In this document: piece by piece, positions 29,284-41,994 of the stretch
How positions within the stretch are numbered: the first letter of the stretch is position 1
Layout of the letters: each line of letters begins with the position of its first letter
NCBI RefSeq assembly: GCF_009914755.1
Contig: NC_060936.1
DNA length: 64,000 nt
DNA from: the human T2T-CHM13v2.0 reference genome, Homo sapiens
Reading direction: 5' to 3' (one strand)
Made by a program: the position numbers and the translations under genes
Notes under the pieces: generated by a model
Told to the model about the DNA's origin: nothing
Database searches by the model: none
What the model saw: only the letters and a program-made list of their open reading frames with translations

Positions 29284-31199
29284 ACATCTTTTTATGGTGT
29301 ATCTTCAGTTGCTGATTAAGTTTAGAGGATATTTTCCATTTCTAACTTTAAAATGAGGAAAAAAAGAAGAATTAATACATGTTGGTGTAGATTATCTTCA
29401 ATAAAACATGTCAGCATTAAACATGAATGACTATAGCCTTTTTACTCTTACCTAAGAAGGCGAGGCTGAACAAGATAGGAAATGATGTTTACAACATTTC
29501 ATCAATAGTAATGAGAAAAGACTTTTAGGTTAAAAAGAAATCACTGAGACTATTTTACCAAAAAAAATTAACGAAAGTTCTCACATCATCTTCATCTGAG
29601 AATGTAGTGGAGAAGTGTGCCCCATATTGAGAATTTATTATGTATTTCAAGCAAATTCTCTGTGTAAGAAAAGGAAAAAGGAACTAGGAAAAGAAAACTT
29701 CAGCAACTTTAATACTATTCATACCAGTAAAGAAACACAATTCATTAGAAAAAAATAATCTATACACATAAGGTAAAGCCTTTGCAAAGACTCCAAGTTC
29801 ACAAATTTCCTAAGAATCAGCTGTGTGGGGCCACTTGATCACAAGAGAAGTATGTGAGAATGAAAATGATGACTTGAAAGGAATTCCAAAATCCTTTGCA
29901 TCAAAGACATATAATGCGAATGGAAGGATGATGGCCAGAAGTTGTGTTGGGTTGAGTAAAGCACTGTATTTATTATATCATTATGTCATTTAGTCTTCAC
30001 ACCAAGCCTGTGGGACAAACAACACTTTGTGGGACATTTTCAGTGAGGGAAGAATTAGCAGTGACCTCCCACCCTCAGAAACTCTGACTAGTGCCATGGG
30101 AGTGTTCTTGGCTTGCTTGGAGAAGGTAAAGACAAGGTAATCCAAGGCTGCTCTTAGCCCACAGGCATTGCAGTTAGCAGTAATTACCTGGAAAATCAGC
30201 AGAATGATAGAGTTTAAAGAAGCCTCCACAAGTGACAAAGTTTTTCCTAGAGAATTTCTCAAGCACTGGAAAAAGGTAGCTTATTATATGTAAACATTGC
30301 TAAGGGTGTTTTTGTGTGAGAGTGAAGAGTGACATGTTTTGGTGGTAGGGGCAGGAAGGGAACATTTAGGGGACTGCAAGACAAGACCCAACAGGAATGA
30401 AATGATGAAAGAATGGCCTGTGCTGATGGGCAGACACAGTTGATTGAGAGGAGTCTGGAAACGTTTAAGCAAAGTCATGTAAATAGAACTCCCAAAAAAG
30501 TGTTTGGAAATAAAGAGCAAGGCGAGAGCCTCAGAGAAACATCCAGAAATTTCAGGAGGAAATTAGGTTAAACCTCAAAAATAGGAGTGAGAAAAGTGGA
30601 AATGCCAGAAGAATAAGATCAGCTTTAAAGAAAAAAAAAAAATCATTGCTCAGTGATGGTGATGACCTTCAAAGTTTCAGAGAGTCTTCTGTCAACAGCT
30701 GCTGACCAGATGTCCCAAAGCAAATGGTAAATGATAACATGTAACCCTCCCTCTCCAAGCGCTTCCCAGCCAAGGAACCCAGTCATAACTGTAATTCTCT
30801 GCAGAAGGCTCCCCAAACATCAAGTTTCATTGCCTCTAATCCTGCCAGGTTTTCATGGGGGAATTTGTTATTCATCCTCAGTGAAGAGTTTCCTCAAAGA
30901 TCAACAAACTCTATCCTGGCAAATGTGACCCAGCCTGGGAATAGTGAAGGGAGCCAGGTCTCCCCAGGCTACATGTTATCTGGGTTCCCAAGAGTGGCCT
31001 TGGACTTTCTTCCAGAGTTGTGCCAGTGGGTGGCCTCCATGTAACCTCTAGAGAAGAAATGGTTCTTGGTGGAAATAACTATTGTTGGAAATAGATTCCA
31101 GTGCAAGTCTCAACACTGGGTCACAATGATGGTGGCCTTTGTTGGCATGGCCTCCCACTGGCAGTGGCAGCACATTTTCCTGACATCACCATTCCCAGG

Positions 31200-31548
31200 T
31201 GATACGGTTTGGCTGTGTCCCCACCCAAATCTCGACTTGAATTGTATCTCCCAGAATTACCCTGTGTTGTGGGAGGGACCCAGGGGGAGGTAATTGAATC
31301 ATGGGGGCAGTTCTTTCCCATGCTATTCTCATGATAGCGAATAAGTCTCATGAGATCTGATGGGTTTATCAAGGGTTTCTGCTTTTGCTTCTCCCTCATT
31401 TTCTCTTGCCACCGTCATGTAAGTAGTGCCTTTTGCCAACCGCCGTGATTCTGAGGCCTCCCCAGCCATGTGGAACTGTAAGTTCAATTAAACCTCTTTT
31501 TTCTTCCCAGTCTCAGGTATCGCTTAATCAGCAGTGTGTAGAGGGACA
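31200..31548 (+). mobile_element. THE1A solo LTR with altered 3' terminus
   Basis: 'gatgggtttatcaagggtttctgcttttgcttc' THE1A-type core; CCAGG at 31195-31199 and 31549-31553. Confidence 0.9.
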
Positions 31549-32699
31549 CCAGGGCCCACATTATTTTTCTGAGTCTCTTGCTGACAGTTATGTAGAGACA
31601 GTTGAACACCATCTTGGACTACTGTCCACAGTCGATGCTGTTGAGCATTTTTGTCGGAATTACTGTACATCAATCTGTAACTGAACGTGCTTAACAGCTT
31701 CTATCAATGCAATGAGGGACAAACCTAAGTAACACCACATCCATTGTTTCCCTCACTTAAGGCCATTTAACCCTAGAGCCACTGATTCTGTCTTGGCTGA
31801 GGATGCGTGTATGCTCTCACAAGGATGCTTCACTGGGAATAGAGATCCTCACTCCCTTAACTCAGCATCCACACTTGTCCAAAGACTCTGAGCACATATG
31901 GAGGAGGCAGCCAGATAGGAATTTTAATCAGCCTATAACCCTTATTAACTGTGTTACTTCTTAGCAAGCTAACTTATTAACAAATTTGGCTCATTCTCAG
32001 TTTCTTCACCTAACAAACGTTTTTACTCACAAAGTGTCTCTCGGGATTAAACAAAATGTTACCACTAATTTTACAGCACTTAGTTTTAGTCTCTGGTTAT
32101 ATATTCCTTGTCCTAATAGAAAAACATGAACCCAAACAGACAAGAATTCATTGGTATTTTAATCCACATGTTCCACAAGACTAGATATTTGTGGACAAAG
32201 GTGACACTGGGTGAGTGTCACTGGGAGAAGTCCTCTCTTCTTGGTATTGGGTAATGGGCAGCTGCAACAAGGAGATGGCTGGGATGCAACAGAAACAGGC
32301 CTCAGGTGAGGAGCCCACAGTCTTGATCACTCCCACTTGGCCATATGATCTGAGTGGGAGCCAAGGAAGCCAGGTCTGAGCCTTGACTTCATGCAGGTTT
32401 TAAATCCCAAGTGAAGCCACTCAGGAGAAGAGGCAGCCTTTGGAAATGAGACGAAGGAGTTCAGGTTACAAGGCCTGCAGGTGAGAGAGGAAGAGAACAC
32501 CCCATTGTCACACGGGCATTCAGAGAGAATAATGACTGCAGTAGTGTCTCCTTTCTAATTTTTAACAGCACCAATCTCTTCAGAATCCATCCTTTTTATT
32601 AACGGAAGAGCTCCTCAGTGAGAGCTGTCTTCACTGAGGTAGCTAAGACATGTCTCAGTGTGTCTGGTGACTTGGTGGCCAGGCCTGCCAGAATTTGTA

Positions 32700-33150
32700 T
32701 GAGTAACTATGGAGAGAAATTGTTCATCCATTCAAAACAGTCAGTGTTCATTGGGCATCTCTGAACTAAGTACTGCACAAAGCCACCATATACAGAGATG
32801 TAGACAGACAGTGTAGCACAAGAGAGCACTGGGCAGAGGAGCCTGGCCCAGTAGTGAAGACTTAGTTGAGAGATGAGAGGGCTGAGTTGGTCATGTGAAT
32901 TGGGCTTTGCTATGAGTTCCCCAGTGATGTCCCCGAAGGGACAGTGCCTTTCTTCCTGCATGCTGCACAAGTTATAGCAGCCTTGATCTCCAAAGCACTT
33001 CCAGGATTACTGTGTTGGTGGCTGCCTGGTGGCAGAGAAGTTCTCAGGAAAAGCCACAGTTGTGAGTGCCTGAAGAGCAGTGTCTGTGGATACAGTGAAG
33101 GGATTTGGAAATAGGAAAATTGTGCAGGCAGAGGTGGGAGAGAAAAACAG
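32700..33150 (-). mobile_element. L2 fragment
   Basis: 'ttcatccattcaaaacagtcagtgttcattgggcatctctg' is an L2 3' end on the reverse strand. Confidence 0.55.
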
Positions 33151-33744
33151 AGGGTACCAAGTGGTAGCTGACAGGACTTAACTGAACACACATGAGATAC
33201 CCATAGGGATTCCCAGACATAAATGAGGGGGCTTTACCTCTACAAAAAGTTGGAGAACTATAATAAGAAATATCTTCAATTGTTAGGGAATCCCACAAGT
33301 GTTGCTGTTCTATGAGGGACTTCATTATAGGAACGTGAGCTAACTCCCACGCTCAGAGGACAGTCAGAGATGGTGATGACAATGACAGCAAGGGGAAAGT
33401 GGAGCATTTCCTCCCCTGACCCCATCAAAGATAATGCTCTTATGCCTGTGTATGGAGTGGAGAGGGGATGGAAACTTTGAGGCGTGGACACTTTGGGTAG
33501 TTGGAGAAGCTGATGGAATTTGTTCCTTAGAGTCAGGGCAGAAGACCCCCATTGCTGTGAATGCAGAGGGATGCATCTCACACTCATACCTGTGGAGTAC
33601 ACAACCCTTGTTATCCTCCTTCATTCTGGGTTGACCTATGAGTGCCCTGCACGATACTCATTTTCACAGCCTTACCTTCATAAAAAATAGCACGTATCAT
33701 TTACTTCCTAGGGTACACATTTTAGAGCCTGCCTTATATCAACA

Positions 33745-34100
33745 GTGACTAAGCTAAATTCAGAGGCAGCTAATTGCATGACCTTGGGCAACTCACTTAT
33801 ACCAGTGCTACTCTCACATAAGAATCACTTGGAGATCTCCTTAAACTGTTAATGCCAACCAAGAGTTCTGGGGAAAAGCCTATCCTTGCACCATTTCTTT
33901 TAGGTACCCAGGCAATGCCTTTGCTGTTGCTGCTGCTGGTGGTGGACCACACTTTGAATAGCAAGGACCTAATCTCTTTGAGCTCAGTTTCCTCAATGGT
34001 AAAACAAAGATAATAATGTTTAAGTTATTATGAGTCAAAATTAAATTGAATAAGATGGTGCACTTATCACAGTGCCTAGCAACTGTTTGGTGTTCTGTAA
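33745..34100 (+). mobile_element. MIR interrupted by a MER5-type hAT element (about 33800-33968)
   Basis: MIR core 'catgaccttgggcaactcactt' | 'ctctttgagctcagtttcctca' split by 'agaatcacttggaga...ggaccacactttgaatagcaag'. Confidence 0.7.
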
Positions 34101-35184
34101 TAGTATAAAATATGTTAATACCATGTTAGTTCCGTTTCATGGGAAAAACCACCAGGATATACCATTATCCTTTGATGCGTCTTTATATAAATATTCTGGA
34201 ACAAATATTCTATTGCAAATTTTCTATCTTACATTTCCAAACATTGCAGTATTTCCTTTAAGTGGTTATTTTTGTTGTTTATACAGCCTCTTCCAGTGCA
34301 ATGAAAAATTATTATCAGTAATAGAATAATAATGTTATTTACTTTTGACATAATAGGGTATATTAATGTTCCTTGTATTCAGACCTCTGGACAAGCTGCA
34401 AAAGAAGTCAGGCCATTATTCTTCCCTGGTGGCCTTACCCCTATTCTGGTTTTGTTAGCATGCTAAAATGTTTATTTTGACTTACTTTCTAGAGTTACCT
34501 TTTAAGTGTGGAATAACTTAATTATGGATCCCTCAATACTAGTAACAAACTGCTATGAGATTTATGGGTTGTTTTAGACTGAAAGCAAAAACCATAATTG
34601 TGCATGTTCTTCCAAATAAGATGATGAAAAACTTTTGACTTTTGTTTATCTTAAAATAGGTTAAAACTTTCTTTAGTACCCATATTAAAGTTTTCCAAAC
34701 TTGTTTCCCTTTTGAAATTTTATAAAGAAATAATTTTTAAAAAAATTTCAGCATATCTGTACATTTACATTTAATAGTTATTTGACTTATTTTAAGGGAT
34801 TTTTTTCTTTAATTTCACATCAAATTTTATATATGAGGATAGGTGGAGTATGCCTGAGTAATAACTACTTTAAAATATATGTTTCTTTTAAATCTTGCTG
34901 GTATTAAGACAACTGGTGTCTACTTATTCTCCAGGATCTATAAAGCCATGTTCAAGGGTCTTTGTAGGTATAGAGGAAACAAGGAAAACCCCATATGACT
35001 CTTTCTCTAGCACTGCAAATCATACAGGTATGTGAAAATAAGGTGATTATTTTTGTAGCCCATAGATTCTCATCTTCCCTGTGGTGGCTTAAGAATTGTC
35101 ACCATTGTATGTTTCCTAAGAAGTTTTTCATCATCATCTTAGAATGATGATTGCTGTCATTCACTGAATTCTCATCAGATAGTT

Positions 35185-35350
35185 TTCAGTGCTGGCTATA
35201 CATTAGGATTACCTACGACCTTTAAAAATTACAACTGTCTGGGCCCTATCCCAGATTGATCAAGTCAGAATCACTGAGGCTTGGGCATTTGTATTTTTTT
35301 GTAAGTGTCTCAGGTGATTTTGGTGAACAACAAGGTTTGAAAAACACCCT
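35185..35350. mobile_element. MER5A-like hAT-Charlie element
   Basis: 'ctgggccctatcccaga...agtcagaatcactga...caggtgattttggtgaacaacaaggtttgaaaaacac'. Confidence 0.7.
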
Positions 35351-35850
35351 AATTAGTAGAATCATGTTATTCAAAATTACACATGTTAATTACATATTAG
35401 TAAGATGAGATTCATTTTATTATGTAATCATGGTAACAGTTTTGCAAAATCAGCATATTTGGTCACTTTTAAAGCTTTAAGCTTAGAAAGATTAGTTAGC
35501 CCAATCAAGGTCACAAAGCCAGGACAAGTGGTAGATTCATGAATCCAAGTCTGTCTGATTCTCAAGTCCGTGCTAGTTCCACTAGGCCGTATTACAAGAA
35601 GACAAAAAAAGAAAAAAGGAATGAAAATGAAATGAAAATAAATGATAAAGCAGATATTACTGAATGGCATTATAACAATAGTACATATTGCCTGCCTTCC
35701 AGAAAATTTTATTGCAACTTAGGCCCAGGGATACCTAAAATAATCAACATTTAGGAAGAAAGGAACATATGAGATATCCAGAGAAGATGATTTTAGGCAT
35801 GATAGTAATCATGAAAGATATGTTAAAAAATCAAAAAAGAATGATAGGTA

Positions 35851-36247
<397 letters not shown>

Positions 36248-36942
36248 TCAAGATAATGAACGGTTGAAGGCAAACCCTAGCCTAGTCTATGTGTAACACA
36301 GGAAGATGGTGTAGTCTACACTAGAGGTCAAAATATCAAGAAAGTGAAAATGAACCATATTTAGCATTATGTTGGGAAGTCAACACCACTACACACATGT
36401 ATTTAAAATTTGGCATTTCAAATGCCTGACTCTGAAGTTGTCCAATATTCAAAGAGCAAAGCTAGCTATTGCCTTTAGAAACAACACTTTTAAAGCTGAT
36501 GCTTAGTTGACTTCACTGTGGTCTCATTTTTGGCCATAATTAATCTCATTTGATAAGCCAAGGACTGATTGATTCTTCTAATGGTTACCAAGTGAAATAC
36601 ATGAGAGCTTGAAATAATGCCACTAGGATCATTTAAGCATGCTGTTGACACTAAATGAGTCTTCACCCAGTTACCAGGAAACTGATTTAAGACTAAGATT
36701 ACATCTAGATGAACTCTAACAATTGAATTGCTATGAAAAGGACCCCACCAAGATCATTAAGTCAAACATTCTTTTTCTCTCCAACATCAGTTTCCTGGTT
36801 AAAAAAAAAAAAAAGAAGAAAGAAAGAAAGAAAAAACAATCCACATTGACTAAAGCTGAACTAAGGTTAACATTTGTTGGACAACTATCAAGGACATAAA
36901 TTTCTAAGAAGAATCATAAATATAATAATAGAAAAGATGACT

Positions 36943-37244
<302 letters not shown>

Positions 37245-39794
37245 TTATAGACAGGAACCATATGTGTCCCATGAGATAAGCTATGAGAACTCCTGTATCA
37301 TCAAATCAAGAGACTCAATATCTAATGACCAGGAATCCCAAAAAAGGACCAGAAAAATAGAAGACAGTAAATTATGTTTTAAAAATAGGAGAAAGCTTCC
37401 CAGAACAAAATAACATGAGATTCCAGCTAAATGAGTGGAAAATACCAACAGCCAAGCACATAACAACATGCATTATAGAATACCTGGGACAAAAAGAAGA
37501 TCCTAAAGACTTTCAGAGAAAGGAATGAGCTATAAAGAAAGGAGAAAGTAGAAAATAAGCATGGCTTATTGTCCAGCAAAACTGATAGATGAAAGATGGC
37601 AAGGCAAGGCACTAAACATTGTCGGGAAAGTTTTAAACTTTAGTTAAATTATTTTATCTTAAAATATTTGATACTTCAACTATCAATCAAATATGTGGAT
37701 ACAAGTGAAATCATTTTCAGACATGGAAGTTTGCAAATTACTTACCTCCCATGCATTTTTTTTCTCAAGAGACTTTTAGTGGATATGCTTTACTAAAATG
37801 AAAGAATAATCCATGAAAAAGGAAAATATCAGAACCAGCAAAAGAGGAAATTCAACAATAGAGGGAAGGAAAGGCTGGGTGAGCTCACTCGCTCCCTTTG
37901 CTTTATAGGGTAGGGTTATAGCTGTCAGGGAGGTTGGGTTATGCTTCTATATAGACCATAGCTAATGCTCTGTGGCCTCCATTATTTATCTTGGTAGCAC
38001 ATTCCTTACCCTGAGAAACACTCAGTAGTTTGATAAACTATAAGAAACATCAATTTTGTCTAAATGGTCCATAAATAATGCAAGTCAACTCAACTTAAGG
38101 GCAGATGTACTTTAGAAACTGCTTGGTAGTGCAGTTAATCTGACTTTAACCTGGGAAACACCACCATTTCATATCCCTCAACCATTTACTGAAAGATAAA
38201 ATGTTGTGGTGGTTTTTCTAAGGCAGTCTTGTCAAAATAGGGTTCAGAACTGATGAGCTTAGCATCACCTGGGACACTTATTAATAATATAGATGATCCA
38301 ATACTTGTGTACTACCTTACGTACTTGTGATACAAGATGATCTGAGCTCATCTTGGATTTTTCCTGCCCCAATTTTAGAATCAGCCCCTTCTCCAAGTCA
38401 TCTATATTTTAAAGAGAACATTTCAGGACCTCTACCATTGTAACAAATCAGCAGTGCATAGCTGGAGGTTTCAGAAGAGAGATCTGTTATAAACTCAGGC
38501 ACCTGTGTTTCTCCTAAATTAGAAATTACAGTCCTGGATGAATCACTAACATTTACTTCAAATCCACTTCCAGAGCCCATCCCAATTACATGCCTCTACA
38601 TGGAATGGTTACATTGTGGTGATGGAGGCCTTTTCCTGGGTCTGTGTTCCATCAGTTTTGAGGAGAGCATCAAAAATATTTCTGTCGTTCCACACCTCAC
38701 CTGCATGGGCGGAGTGAGAATCTGATATTGTGGGCATATGTGTACTCCTGCCGCGCACACCTGCACCTGCAGAGATCCCACCTCATTTATATGGGTGAAT
38801 GAAACCCAGGGCAGTTTGTGTCTATTATTTCACTATCATGGAGATTGGCACTGTAACTTAAAAACCTTGGCACTCTCAAGTGTGAATAGATTCATGTAAC
38901 ATTAGTCAGTCTCCTTTTTGTTTATAAATCATGATAGTATCTATTTCAATCTCTTCCACTTGCATACTGCCAAGACTTATTCAACTGATACGCGTTAGTC
39001 AGGCCGAGTACTAAATGAATTAACATTGTAGTAACTTTAGGACATTCAATGCGGTGTGTTTTATTTTAGATAAACAGACTTGCCTATAAACATCCCAAAG
39101 TTAAAACATGTTTTTAAAACTAAAATTTGCTAATTAGATGCTCTTTTGTCTGTAGGTAATTTCTTCTGAGTAAATATGCATTCATTGTATTTGAAAATAT
39201 ATGGGGTTGAAAATATTCATTCTCAGGTCCCCTTTTTGTTGGTTTTATCAGTACTTTATTTCATAGAGAAAAGAGATTTATATCTAGTTGCTTGTGTCTC
39301 AAATTTGGGGTGTCAAGTAACTTATTTATATTTTTAGCTGTGCCCTGAGTCTTCACTGTTGATGGCTGTTTGATAAATAGCATCAAGAAGACCCATCCCT
39401 ACTCTGCTGTCTTAAAGTATGTATGCAAAGGTGATTCCACAAGCTAGTAAGACTAGTAGATGTTCTTATGTGGCTCAGTAGGGGTTCTCATTTCTCAAAA
39501 ACAAATTTTTAGAATGTGGTTACCATGTTTTGATGTTTAGAATACGATGTAAAGAGCTTTAATAGACTAACTTCCAGCATTCGGCTTGACATAAAATCAC
39601 AGTAGTTCAAAGAACCTTCAAATCACGCTGTTGAACTATATTGTAATAAAAAAGGTGTCACAGTTGGGACCTGAGATTTTTCTGTGAGGGACCATGTCTT
39701 CCTGACCACACTGGTTTCAGCACAGAGTGGGGCTATTATTAACCAATCAACATAATTCTGATTCAGCCCCCACCGTCAGAAGAGGGGAAGCCTA

Positions 39795-40103
39795 GGCCAG
39801 GAGCAGCAACGGTGGCATATACCTGTAATCCCAGCACCTTGGGAGGCTGAGGCAGGAGGTTCACTTGAGCCCCAGGAGTTTAAGGCAGGCCTGGGAAACA
39901 TGGTAAGACCATGTTTCTACCAAAAAAAAAAAAAATTATAAGTTATCCAGGTGTGGTGGCACATGCCTGAAGTCCTAGCTACTCAGGTGGCTGAGGTGGA
40001 AGGATCATTTGAGCCCAGGAGTTCTAGGCTGCAGTGAGCTACGATGGTACCCCTCACTCCAGCCTGGATGACAGAGCAAGACCCCATTTCTTTAAAAAAA
40101 AAA
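39795..40103 (+). mobile_element. AluJ-like element
   Basis: 'ggaggttcacttgagccccaggagtt', 'ggatcatttgagcccaggagttctaggctgcagtgagctacgat'; decayed TSD aggggaagccta / agggaaaccta. Confidence 0.92.
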
Positions 40104-40454
40104 TAGGGAAACCTAACCCAACTCTAATTCTTCCTCATGGGTCCCAGAATGCCCTAAGCTGGGTTGCTTGTCATCCTAATATTATTCTCACAATCACCAG
40201 TCAATAGTCTTCTCTTTTTCCACTCTTGAAATGAATGTCTTAGATTTCTGCTTTCACAACCTGCATTTCTTCTCCCCTGGGAGAGCCTTCTTCTGTTTCT
40301 GGCCTGGGTTGTTTGTATACCCAGACCTTGCTCCCTAGATGCCCCCGCCCCTCCCTTCTCACTGTTGTTTTGTCAAGATACTCTTTGGCTGCTAATATTG
40401 GCTCTGTGATGTAGAGCCCAATCTGGACATTGTCTTTATAGGTCTTATTTTGGG

Positions 40455-41060
40455 ATATTCATCAATTTGTTCAACAAATATTTATTGAGACACTACTATG
40501 AGCAAGCCATTGTTCTAGGGGTCTAAATATTCAGCATAGAAAAGAAAAGCATGAAACCTGTTTCATGGATATTACGTTCTCGTAGGAAGTAAGCAATAAG
40601 TAAATAAACACACCGTTATGATTTAGGTAATAATAAATATTTTGAATAAAACTAAAGCAATAGAGACTATCTGGTGTGGGAGAGTAAAAGTGGGAAATTA
40701 TTTTGGATAAGGTGAATCAGGAAAGGCCTCTATAAGGACGTAACATTTAAGCAGAAACTTGGATGAAATGAGGAAGGAAGCCAGGTGCATATCTAGGGCA
40801 GAGCCTGCCAGACAGCAGGGAAAGCCAGTGCAGAGGCCCAGAGGCTGTGGTAGGTTTGGTTTGCTAGAGAAACAGCAAGAAGGTCACAGTAGCTGGAGCA
40901 GAAAGGGGGAGACAGAGCAGGAGGAGATGGAGTTGGTGAGGAAGGAGAGCACTTTGTGTAGGCTTTTGTTCCCTTGGCAGAATTTCAGCCTTATTTGGAG
41001 AACAGTGGAAATCGGCCAGAGGATTCTGAAGAGTGGAATAATGTGGTCTTCATAGAGCCA
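40455..41060 (-). mobile_element. L2 3' portion
   Basis: 'ttcaacaaatatttattgagacactactatgagcaagcca', 'gtgcagaggcccagagg'. Confidence 0.8.
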
Positions 41061-41916
41061 GTTGTGGCTTGAAGCCTTCTGTCACTTCTCATTATAACCA
41101 TCCATTCTACCATTATTTCTTCCAGTATGATCCAATAATCCTTTTAGTGAAGGGAGGATAAAAAATCCTTTATACTTATTTTGTTACAATAGCACATAAG
41201 GAGCATCCCCTTACACTCCAATGTTTTGCAGCAATTTTTACATACAGTCCTACCTGTTATAGGCCCTCTCCCTAAGTCCTTGGGTCAGAGGTTGTGAGAT
41301 TTTGGAAAAAAAGAGTAACAGATATTCTTCTGTTCTCAAAATTCTCCTTTTAATCTCACTAGTTGTTTATTGTCCCTGGAATAATGTTTCCCAGTGAGTC
41401 CCCTTCTGTTTCCAGGGTCAGGGTTCTCCTCACCCATGCTGTTCCCTGGCAACCTTTCCGAAAAAATTCTTGGGCAGGCCCATCCTTCTTGTCTTCCAGA
41501 TAGAGGAGCTTATGCCAAGACTCTGGCATCCTTTCATAATACATGTTCAGTGTCAACCCTATTTGCTGTGGCCTTGGAAAAGTCTTGGTCTCTGGATTGG
41601 TGAGTCTTGACATCAGTTTATTATTGGCACCTAGGGATTCTCCTGTATCCTCTACGTGACTCCCTCCAACATTTCAAAAGACAGTATTCTGAAATGTCTT
41701 GGAGAATAAACCAAATTGTCAAATTGTCTTTCTTTGGAGATTTTACCTTCAGTTTCTTACCTTCAAGTCTTCAAAGAAGATGAAGATTTTGGAGCAATAT
41801 GATACTTTACATATTATTATACTTTTATTTAATATCTGTTTTTCACCCAGTCATTGTTCATTAAGCAAGTATTTATTAAAGTGACTCTGTACTGAGGAAT
41901 GTGGTGAAGAATGAGG

Positions 41917-41994
41917 TGCAAATGTAAGCTGAGAAGTCAGGGATGAGAGCGTGTCTGCGAATGTAAGCTGAGAAGTCAGAGACGAGAGAGTGCC
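41917..41994. repeat. Two-copy 39-bp tandem duplication
   Basis: tgcaaatgtaagctgagaagtcagggatgagagcgtgtc / tgcgaatgtaagctgagaagtcagagacgagagagtgcc. Confidence 0.9.
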
